In this document: one piece after another, positions 8,348 to 17,032 of the stretch
How positions within the stretch are numbered: position 1 is the first letter of the stretch
Layout of the letters: every line of letters starts with the position of its first letter
NCBI GenBank assembly: GCA_019454865.1
Contig: JACFNJ010000002.1
Span: 1-29,471, forward strand
Direction of reading: 5' to 3'
Origin: Bacteroidia bacterium
Lineage (GTDB): Bacteria > Bacteroidota > Bacteroidia > UKL13-3
DNA length: 29,471 nt
Translations under genes and position numbers: made by a program
The notes under the pieces: model-generated
What the model saw: only the letters and a program-made list of their open reading frames with translations
Database searches by the model: none
Told to the model about the DNA's origin: nothing

Positions 8348-11300
8348 TTACTCAATTTTTATTTTCTCATACTCCGCCTCGCTTAGCCAAAAATCTTTAT
8401 CTATTATTTTTACTTCATCATAAGTGAGTTCATACAGCTTGTAAACCAATACATCTATTTCTTTTTCTATAGCAGTAGTGTCCTGGTTTGCTTTTTTCTT
8501 TTTCAGGATTTCATCTACTAATTTTTCAAATTGATTTTCTAATCTACTTGTAAGAATTTTCGGAATTGGAAATTGTTTAGTATTAGCAATAAGAATTTTT
8601 TGGAAAATTTCTTTCTCCTTGTCTAAACACCTATTTGCATGATAGAACTTAATTAATTCAGAATTGAGTATTGCCAAAATGAATTTGATTTCACTTATGC
8701 TTTTCTTTTTTGAAATAACTCCAAAACCAATTTGAGTAAAGTATAATTCATCCTCAGTATAACCAGCATGAATTTTGAAATCTGGTTTACCAGCAACAAT
8801 TTGTCTAACTATAACTCTAGGCTCTTTGAAGAATTTTATCTCTCGTGGTGCACCAAGCCAATCGCCATATTTTAGAAACTCATCAATCGGTGTATTTTCA
8901 ATATTAAATTTATGAATATTCTTACCACTAATTAGCGGAACATATTTATTGTTGAGTTTCTTTTCAGAATGAAAAATTCTATTCTTAATATCTTCATTTG
9001 AATGCCCTTTGTATTTATCGTACGGTGTTATACCCAAAGAGAAGTCAGCAATATTCTTTAGAGTTTTACCAGTGCTTTCAATTTTTCTTAATATCAATTC
9101 AGTGTTATCGTCTGAGAAAATATTGAATCGGACATCCTTGTCCTTTTCCCAATCTTTCCTTGTGAAGTATGTGTATTCAAGATTGTTGAAATTTACATTC
9201 TCACCATTATCAAAATATCTTGTTTTAATAGTTTTTTCATTATTTCCTTTTTCTGCTTGTAAAATGATTGTCTCAACGATTGCTTCAAAAACATTATCAG
9301 GTAACTTGATAACTTGCTTCAAGCTTTGAATAAGATGCCTTCTTAGTAGCTGGTAAGATTCATTAACCAGTATTGAATTTGGAATGATGAAAATTATATT
9401 GCCATCTTTAGAAAGCAATGAATACCCCTTCTCAATAAATACTGCATATAGATTGATTCTTTTTTGCGTTGTCTTAAATGATTTGAAAAACTCTCTTACA
9501 ATTTCGGGCGGTAAACTTTTTATATCAACATAAGGCGGATTTCCAATTACCACATCAAAACCTTTGTCAATGCCAAACATCCATGTGGGAGAAAAGAAAG
9601 GGCTGGCTTTGCTGTCGTCAAAAGGGTTCCAGTGTTTTATTTTTTGTGCTATTTGTTTCAATACAGGGTCGTGTGCGGCTTCTATGTCGGCAATTACTTT
9701 ATCCCGTTGTTCAAAATAATTGGTCTTAAGTTTTTCTTTCTCGGTGCTTGCCAGGGCAGGTGTAAAAAATTGTTTACGCAAGTCTTCCAATGCTTTCAGT
9801 TGGCTTACTAATTTTTCAGTAAAGCCTTCGTGCAGTGTGCCTTTGCTTTGTTGTATAAAAGCATCTAATCCCAAATCAATTAAGCTATTGGCACATACAA
9901 ATTTAAAATCAAGGTTAGGCAGTGGTTTTACTCCAAAATTGTGCACCGGGTCTTTTGGGTTGTAGTTTTCTTCCAGCACCAAACTAAGCCATGCCCGCAA
10001 CCGTGCAATTTCTATTGCCATCGGCATAATGTCCACTCCATAAATATTCTGGCTCAGTATATCTTTCTTCAGTTCGTAGCTACTTTTTACTGTTCCCAGG
10101 GTTTCGTGTAGCTCAACCAACTTGTGCAAAATGCCCATAGGGAAGGCACCCGAGCCACAGGCAGGGTCTAATATTTTTATCTGCTCTAAAAATTGCAGCA
10201 GCAAGTTTTTTTCTTCCTTCTTTAATTGTGCTGCATAGGGTGTAGCACCAAAAAGCGGCTCAATGGCTTTTTCTATTTTGGTTTTTTCTTCCGGTTTCAG
10301 TTCATAGCGTTTTATTTCTATGGATAATTGCTGCGGTTTTTTGTTGCCAAAAATGTCGCCTGCTTGTTCGGGGTTATTCAGCGTTTTGGATTTCTTCTCA
10401 ATAATGTGCTGCTCCCACTGTGTTTGCAAATAGGCTTTAATGCTTTCGTTCACCATATAGTCCACAATCTCCCTTGGGGTATAAAAAGCACCATAAGCCT
10501 TTCGTTGGTTAGCTAATTTTTCAGTTTCTTCGTTTTGGCTTGCCAGCAGGTTTTCAAAAATACGACCCAGCATTTCGGGGTCAACTGCCACTTGCTGGTA
10601 TTGGCTGCTGCTTTCATCCACCGTAAAATCGTAGCTCTCCAATATTTCTACAAAAGGCAATAGCCATGCATCTAAATTTAAATTGGTAAACAGTTTGTCT
10701 TCATCACTTTCATCAAACAAGCCTCCGTTCAGGTAGGGTATATTGTCTGAACTATGATTTTTATGATTATTTGATTTCAGGATTTCTCTATCCTGAACCT
10801 TAGTGTTCAGCGTTTTGAAAAATAATGGAAGCAGAATGGTTTGATAATAGTTTGTTGTGTTGCGAATGTTTTCACAGCTGATTAATCCCGATGGAATAAT
10901 TCCTTTTTCTTTCAGAAACCAACAGAAAATATATCTGCCTATTAAGCGAACAGTAAATTGCTTTACCTGATTTTCGGTTGCTTTAGCATGTTGTGTTTTA
11001 ACTATGCCCAACAATGCATCAAAGCGTTCTTTTATTTGCTTGTAGAACTCTTTGTTTACTTCTTTAATGTCAAGTGATTTCCAAAGCAGGTCAGCAATTT
11101 CGGGTTTCGTTTTTGAGCCAACACCTTGCCATTGTTGTATGATTTTGTTGTATTGTGTGGTGGTTAATCTGCTGCGGAAAGAAACAATTCTTTTTTGTTC
11201 ACCCTGATTGAAAATCAGCACCAGTTTATCATAATCGGGTGTAGTTACAAAATGAATGAAATAGGGTTGCGGTGGAATGTATTGTGGTTTACCCGGAATA

Positions 11301-11665
11301 TGAATAATACCTTTAATAGAAGCCTGATAAGTGCTAAGTCCGGGGTCGTTGTCAACCAATTGGCTGATATATTCTTTCTTTAATTTTTTTAATACGGCAA
11401 AGCGGACACGGATATTTTGATTGTCGGCACTCAGGCGATACAACTGAGGTTGCACGGTTTGCGGAGCCGGAGCTAAATAATCTTTCAGTTTTTGGGTTTG
11501 TGGCGAAAGCAATTGCGGCTTGCCTGTCCCGTCTTTTGCGGGGCTGTCCTTGTTCACTTCAATGTTCATCCATTGCAGCAGGGCAAAAGCAAAATCCAAT
11601 ACATTTTCACGTGATGGATTTTCAGCCAAATGTGCTAATATTTTATTGATTTCGTTAATTGTCAT
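8348..11665 (-). CDS. Eco57I/Type IIG-like N6-adenine DNA methyltransferase with C-terminal TaqI_C-like target recognition domain
   Basis: YLNGGLF, VDPEMLGRIFENLL, GAFYTPREIVDYM, motif I ILDPACGSGAF, IYGVDI, motif IV VIGNPPY, TRD-type IVRQIV and FILAILNS, tail EIDVLVYKLYELT. No PD-(D/E)xK motif recognised in the N-terminus. Confidence 0.9.
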   Translation of the reverse strand: MTINEINKILAHLAENPSRENVLDFAFALLQWMNIEVNKDSPAKDGTGKPQLLSPQTQKLKDYLAPAPQTVQPQLYRLSADNQNIRVRFAVLKKLKKEYISQLVDNDPGLSTYQASIKGIIHIPGKPQYIPPQPYFIHFVTTPDYDKLVLIFNQGEQKRIVSFRSRLTTTQYNKIIQQWQGVGSKTKPEIADLLWKSLDIKEVNKEFYKQIKERFDALLGIVKTQHAKATENQVKQFTVRLIGRYIFCWFLKEKGIIPSGLISCENIRNTTNYYQTILLPLFFKTLNTKVQDREILKSNNHKNHSSDNIPYLNGGLFDESDEDKLFTNLNLDAWLLPFVEILESYDFTVDESSSQYQQVAVDPEMLGRIFENLLASQNEETEKLANQRKAYGAFYTPREIVDYMVNESIKAYLQTQWEQHIIEKKSKTLNNPEQAGDIFGNKKPQQLSIEIKRYELKPEEKTKIEKAIEPLFGATPYAAQLKKEEKNLLLQFLEQIKILDPACGSGAFPMGILHKLVELHETLGTVKSSYELKKDILSQNIYGVDIMPMAIEIARLRAWLSLVLEENYNPKDPVHNFGVKPLPNLDFKFVCANSLIDLGLDAFIQQSKGTLHEGFTEKLVSQLKALEDLRKQFFTPALASTEKEKLKTNYFEQRDKVIADIEAAHDPVLKQIAQKIKHWNPFDDSKASPFFSPTWMFGIDKGFDVVIGNPPYVDIKSLPPEIVREFFKSFKTTQKRINLYAVFIEKGYSLLSKDGNIIFIIPNSILVNESYQLLRRHLIQSLKQVIKLPDNVFEAIVETIILQAEKGNNEKTIKTRYFDNGENVNFNNLEYTYFTRKDWEKDKDVRFNIFSDDNTELILRKIESTGKTLKNIADFSLGITPYDKYKGHSNEDIKNRIFHSEKKLNNKYVPLISGKNIHKFNIENTPIDEFLKYGDWLGAPREIKFFKEPRVIVRQIVAGKPDFKIHAGYTEDELYFTQIGFGVISKKKSISEIKFILAILNSELIKFYHANRCLDKEKEIFQKILIANTKQFPIPKILTSRLENQFEKLVDEILKKKKANQDTTAIEKEIDVLVYKLYELTYDEVKIIDKDFWLSEAEYEKIKIE

Positions 11666-12268
11666 TGTTTTTTCTTCTTTCCGGTTTTCTTTACTTCTTT
11701 TAAAACATTTTTTTCTTCGCTATCCAATTTGCGTTTCAGTTTGATAATGTCTTCAGCAGGTGGCAATGCCTTTGCTGCGGATGATTGCGAAACCTTTATC
11801 GTCAACACCTCTTTCATAAATAATTCCCGAAAGTTTTTTCTCTGACTTAGAAAGCTTTTCTCTTGCAGTTACTCTTGCCACATCAAGTAATCGTTGCTCA
11901 ATGATTTCTTGTTTACGGGTTTGAACAGCAAAATAGGTTTGAGCAAATGCAATTTCACTTTTTGCCGGGTCGCCATTCTGAGCAACTAAATAACAAGCGT
12001 ATCTTGTGAGCGCAACATCATCAACAGGTCGTTGTGTTCCACTGCCAATATCAACCATTTTCCTGACATCAGGGAAATGGTTTTTCACCTCAACACCACT
12101 GGCTTCGCAAGCAGTTTTCGCTTTCTCAATCACTTTTGAAAAATTCTCCCACTTTGCGTAGCCCAGAATCACCTGTAATTCTCTTGCACTCCAGCATTCA
12201 ATACCTTCATATAAATAACAGGCGTTTTGGAATTTGTCAAAGAGTTCGTTTATCTGTTCTTTTTTCAT
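11662..12268 (-). pseudogene. dinD: DNA damage-inducible protein D (DinD, BRO-N-like) with internal out-of-frame deletion
   Basis: DinD motifs WSARELQ, LGYAKWENF, NHFPDVRKMV, LTRYACYLVAQNGDPAK, AFAQTYFAVQTRKQE up to ...RSKG, then IATC-stop at 11753. The shifted frame from 11769 encodes the DinD-like C-terminus ALPPAEDIIKLKRKLDSEEKNVLKEVKKTGKKKKQ-TGA (11664-11662), whose stop overlaps the methyltransferase ATG. Confidence 0.8.
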
Positions 12269-12313
12269 TTTTCTTTTTGTTTTTCAAACATTCCGAAGAT
12301 TAGCTTTGAGCGG

Positions 12314-15300
12314 TTACTCAAATATCTGTATAATTTCACTCAATGGTGCCCGCTCTGATTTTTCTTCGGGTTTGTATTGGTTAGCCAACGAAATGAATTG
12401 CTGGATAATTTCATCTGAAACATGTTCACCTCTACGGTTCAGGCGGTTTACCAATCGCACCAATTTTAAATTCTCTTTATTAATATAGGCATTTTGCGAG
12501 TGTTGAATACAATGTTCAACACGGTCAATTTCTTCAAACGGATAACCATACTCAATCATTTTGTTTTTTATAAATAGTATTGCACTTTGTTGAGGCTGAT
12601 TATATCGCACCTGATGCTCTTCTTCCGTAAACTGGTATCGTTGTAGTATGAAATCTGAAATGTAGGCTTCAGTTTCGGGTTTATGTTTGAATTTATCGGC
12701 AAAGCGTTCGTTTTGTTCGCTTGTTGCTTTTATGTGTAATAAGCCTTCGGTAGTGGTGAGCAACTCACCAATCTTATCTTTGGTGAATATCACAAAATAA
12801 CCTGCATCCAACGTTTCTTCTTCACCTGTAGCCAAATGACCAAGATGTATAAAATCATCTTCTTCTTTTCGCATTTGCACTTTGCCCCATTTTCCTTTAG
12901 GCATATTCTTAATTTGCTCTTTGTAAGTTAAAGTAAATTCTTCATTTCGGTCAAATGCTCTAAGGTCGTCCATAAATAAGTCTTCGGCAGCAAGCAATTC
13001 CGATGTTTCAAATATTTTTTGGAAGGCTGCCATACGTTTCTTTTCGTCACGGCTGTAAAGGTCTTCTGTATAATCTTGTGGCTCGGGATCTTCGTCTAAA
13101 ATAGATTGGTCGGTTCCAATAGTATAGCGAATCAGGTTGATTTTATCTTCTAATTTACGGACTAACTGCAAATAACTTTCCAACTGTTCTTCAGGACGGA
13201 AATTATAAATAAAAATCTCTTCGTGTTTAGTTCCCAAACGATTGATACGACCATTTCGCTGAATCATTCGCACAGGGTTCCAATGCAAATCGTAGTTAAT
13301 AATCATGCCGCAATCTTGCAGGTTCTGCCCTTCAGAAAGTTTGTCAGTAGCAATCAAAAAATCAATTTCCTTTTCTCCGTTTTTTAGTTGGTATTTTTTA
13401 GACACAGGAGCAAAGCGTTTGGCATAATCTTCTATCTCGCTTTTTGAACCTAAGGCAAATTCAATGTTTTTGCCTTTCACTAAATATTGTGGAAGGTTTT
13501 CAGACAGATATTGTAAAGTGTCGGCAAAGTAGGTAAACACCAAAACTTTTCGGTCTTCATTCTGATTCAGGTGTTTGGCTAATTCCTGAATCTTATCATC
13601 CTTATCTAACAAATACTTGATTTGTTCTTTCAGAATTTTTAGCACTGCAATATCTTTGCTGATGTCAGCTTTCAGTTGTGTTACATTAAACACTCCTTCA
13701 TCGGCATCAATACTGGTAAAGCCCTCCTCTGCACTTTCAAAATCTTCAATATCAAAGTCCAATTCATCCTCATCAGCATTTTGTTCATTGTAAGCATCAA
13801 TGGCTTTATTTAGAGCAGAAAGATTTTTAACCGAAATTATTTTATTGAATTTTTTCAATTTATTTTCAAAGTCAATCAGCTTTTTCTCATAGCTGCCAAT
13901 TGATTTATTGATAGAGAAAAGTGAAGATTCCAAACGTTTTAAGAATACGGTTCTGAAAATGCCGTAAATACCTATTTGTCTGCTCAGTTCCCGGTTTTCA
14001 TCTGCATTCAATTCTAATTCGCCACGTTTTCTGCCGTAGTAAGCATGACGATAAATGTTGTATCGATAGCATGGGAAACCTAAACTCAGTAATGCAGTGT
14101 AAATAATTTCAAGTGATGAATGAATGGGTTTGTCTCTTTCGGTGTAATGATCAAACAAATCAAGTGGATGTGCTAAATACTCCAAGTCAGCCAAACTGTT
14201 TATCTCATAGTTGAAAGCCCTTGTGAGTTCAGGATTGGTCTCGGCATATTTCAATAATTGCGATTTGAACTGATTGGAAACTTTATATTCTAAATTGTCG
14301 GGATAAGATTTTGGGAATTTTTGAAGTTTACCATTTATCTCTAATCCATCAGGATATTCTTTTTCAATTCCTTGCCTTGTTCGTCTTACAATAAAGCGAT
14401 TCAACAAAGGAGTGAGTTGTTCTTTTATTTGCTGATAATTTATAAATCCGCTTTCACGTATTTGCCTTCTCATATCTGTTTGCAGCAGTTCAAAGCGTTC
14501 TTTTAGTGTAAAATATTTTTGAGTGCTGCGGTCATAAAATTTCCCTAACTTAAAAATTTCGCCACCCGAACCTAACATGATTTGGTTGGTAAGGTCGGCT
14601 AACTGATTGTTGATAGGGGTTGCGGTAAGCAGCAAGGTTTTAGCATTTTCATTTTCCTGTCGCCATTTGATAAATACATCAAAGCGTTGTCCGCCAGATG
14701 CTCTTAGGTTGTGGCTTTCATCAAAAACAAATAAGCCAACGGGAATAGATTGCAGGTTTTCACGAACATCTTTAATTTTCTCGGTATCCTGCAAACTGTA
14801 AATTTCAGGAATATGAACCACTTTAAAATCATCGAATGATTTTCTCCATTGTTGAATTAGCCCCGCAGGTGCAATGACCACAACTCGTTGATTCAAATTT
14901 TGTTTGTAGTATTCAATCACCTTTATGGCTGTGTATGTCTTGCCCAAACCAACAGAATCAGAAAGCATTGCCACGCCTTGTCGTTCTAGTTTTTTAATAA
15001 GCGAATTGGCATTTTGTATTTGAAACTTCAATAGCTGTGGTTTCCCTGAACTTGGGTCGTCTGTGTCAACTTTATTTTCTTTCTCGTCTAACAAATCCTG
15101 CCCGTAAATGCGATACAAGGCATGGATATACATTTCGTAAGCACTAAAACAAGTACCGCCATGTTTACTCAAAGCCAGAATTTCTTCTTTGAAAGTTTTA
15201 CTCCAATCTTCACTATCGTTCCATAATTCTTCAAACCACGTGCGATGTGAAGGATGCTGAGAAAGATTTTTGCGGATAAAGTTTACAGTTGCATTGTTGT

Positions 15301-15820
15301 CCTCAAACTGGTTTAATTCAAGATTACCGAACAATCCTTGCTTTGTGAAATTAGAACAACCGATAATGCCTATTGCATTTTCTTCATCCGATCCAAAAAT
15401 GTAACACTAAGCATGAAGAAAGTTTTTACGGTAAACTTTGATTTGAATTTTTCCGGTATTCGTTTCGTTCATGTGTTTTCCTAGCAAGTCAGCAACTTGC
15501 TGAAACTCGTCTTTCAGTTGCAGGTTCTCTAAATCATTTTTCAAATATTTTTCGGGAAAGTCGGGGTCTTGCTGCTTTGGTTTTTTAACTTGATAGGCTC
15601 TTACAGATGGTTCTTCGCCTAATAGCAGTCTGAATGTAATATTGTCCCGTTCCAAAAACTGATTCAATTCTTCAAGGATTGTAACCATTCCGGGCAAATC
15701 CCAATAACCTGTTGCAATTGAAATTTGAGAAAAACTTTTGTCTTGTATTAGTTCTTTTAATACAGTACCAAGTTGATACTCGTTTGATGAATTGTCAATT
15801 AGCTTTATACCTTTCTTCAT
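12314..15820 (-). pseudogene. PLD (HxK) nuclease-SNF2/DExH helicase fusion interrupted by one in-frame TAG (1168 codons if read through)
   Basis: ORFs 15407-15820 and 12314-15334 are in the same frame, joined by 24 sense codons: FLHA-TAG-CYIFGSDEENAIGIIGCSNFTKQGLFGNLELN. Helicase motifs LSDSVGLGKT, FVFDESHN, LLTATPINN, VLVFTYFADT, ATDKLSEGQNLQ, QRNGRINRLG. Confidence 0.85.
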
Positions 15821-16104
15821 TTCTTCAAATTCTTTTTTAGAATGTTCAATGCATCAGGAGCTAAATCTTTTTCGTTACCAACAGCGTTTTCCAACTTATC
15901 AGCCAGCCAAAGCGTAAGCAGTTCTTCTTCGTAGGCTTTTAAGAATTTGGCAATCTCAATCACCTGTTGTTTGGATGCTTTTCTTTTCCCTCTTTCAATC
16001 TTGCTCATAAGTGCAGTGTCCACCTCGAGATGTGCAGCAACCTGTCGTAGTAGAAGGTTTTGCTTCTCTCTCAGTTCTCTGATTCTCTGCCCTAAATTGC
16101 TCAC
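15817..16104 (-). CDS. XRE-family HTH transcriptional regulator (controller-protein-like)
   Basis: LGQRIRELREKQNLLLRQVAAHLEVDTALMSKIERGKR; GTG start; its TGA overlaps the helicase ATG (ATGA at 15820-15817). Confidence 0.88.
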   Translation of the reverse strand: MSNLGQRIRELREKQNLLLRQVAAHLEVDTALMSKIERGKRKASKQQVIEIAKFLKAYEEELLTLWLADKLENAVGNEKDLAPDALNILKKNLKK

Positions 16105-16119
16105 GATGTTAGTTTTTTG

Positions 16120-16147
16120 TTTGACTTGTCAAATTATGTCAAATGTA
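16120..16147 (-). promoter_or_regulatory. Putative operator palindrome and -7 promoter element of the XRE operon
   Basis: TTTGAC-TT-GTCAAA perfect 6-2-6 palindrome at 16120-16133, a further GTCAAA half-site at 16138-16143, and minus-strand TACATTTG (TAnnTTTG) at 16147-16140. Confidence 0.55.
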
Positions 16148-16444
16148 AGTATTATTTCCGAAATCAAAATGTGCCAAATGCGGGAGGGCGTATAATTATT
16201 TTTTTAAATGTATGGTGGGAAAATTTTAATAACTTTTGGGTCGGGTTAGGTGTAGGCAAGGTCGGTCTGTTTCAAGATGCAATGAACTGTCTGTCGAATC
16301 AAAGTCCGCTTATGTTTTTGGCTGTAATGTCGTGCGATTTTTAGTCGAAATTGTCAAGGGTGAACGGTTGTCCTACTCATGTCTGTAACATGTGTATTTA
16401 ATACATTGTGTGTTTAAATAATTATACCTATTTACTTTTTAGTG

Positions 16445-17020
16445 CTATTGAAAAATTTGCTGAATTAAATTCCAAAGGACAAGTTTTTTTTCTTTGTTTT
16501 CGTGGTAGTTTTCGGGTGCATCTGCAAGCAGTATTTTCGTGTTGTTTTCAACTAAAATCTGATGAAAAGAAGTAGCAGGAAAAAACGGTTGTGTACCAAA
16601 AATTATTATTTGCTTAGGTGATAACTCCTCCAAAATTTGATTTTTAGTTAGTGTAGGGTTTTTTGAGATTCTAATTATTGCAATATCATCTAATTGTAGT
16701 TGCAATGCTTTTTGAAAAATATTTTGTATAAATAGCGCATTCTCCTTGCTATCGTTTGTAGTATCGTTGTAAATAAATACAATATGTTTTTGGTTTTTGC
16801 CTGCATACTCTATCTTTGGCAGGTTGATTGTATTTTGAGGTTGATTCAAAGAATCATTTATCAACGTATTTGATTGATTACTTTCTATTGCAGGAGTATT
16901 ATTTGTAACGGTTTCCTCTTTATTTGTCGAACCGGTAAATAACTCTTCTTTGGATGTAATATCCGATACCAAATAAAATTCATCAAATAAATCAACAATT
17001 GTTTCTATTTCTAATTTCAT
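16445..17020 (-). CDS. Conserved-looking hypothetical protein (low-complexity N/T-rich linker, alpha/beta C-terminal domain ending K..LW..I..IF)
   Basis: 191-aa ORF with host-like AT-rich codons; no function recognised with confidence. Confidence 0.65.
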   Translation of the reverse strand: MKLEIETIVDLFDEFYLVSDITSKEELFTGSTNKEETVTNNTPAIESNQSNTLINDSLNQPQNTINLPKIEYAGKNQKHIVFIYNDTTNDSKENALFIQNIFQKALQLQLDDIAIIRISKNPTLTKNQILEELSPKQIIIFGTQPFFPATSFHQILVENNTKILLADAPENYHENKEKKLVLWNLIQQIFQ

Positions 17021-17032
17021 AATTTATAAACA

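Larger units (their letters stand above)
5952..16104 (-). mobile_element. Accessory defence-like island/operon of six co-directional genes (no integrase or att sites recognised)
   Basis: Six same-strand genes with overlaps of 1 and 4 nt or gaps of 3 and 45 nt, RM-type content, and a visibly higher GC level in much of the region than the flanking housekeeping genes (by eye and spot counts). Mobility is inferred only. Confidence 0.6.

Noticed and set aside
11753-11780. Programmed ribosomal frameshift in dinD
   Set aside because: No slippery heptamer at the junction, and a conserved DinD segment appears to be missing, which fits a deletion rather than recoding.
15407-15409. Genome-wide TAG reassignment (code 15) or pyrrolysine
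   Set aside because: Four housekeeping genes in the window end at TAG at expected lengths, and no pyl genes or suppressor tRNA are visible in the window.
15407-15820. 137-aa ORF as an independent small gene
   Set aside because: It is the N-terminus of the PLD-helicase: the frame continues through the TAG into PLD motif residues and the 12314-15334 ORF.
5952-16104. Calling the locus DISARM, BREX or Mokosh
   Set aside because: No drmA or drmB (DUF1998), no pglZ, brxC or brxL, and the kinase is not fused to an RNA helicase as in MkoA; only individual components are shared.
16117-16344. 75-aa plus-strand ORF in the island edge spacer
   Set aside because: Overlaps the XRE promoter/operator on the opposite strand; no recognisable motifs or coding-like composition.
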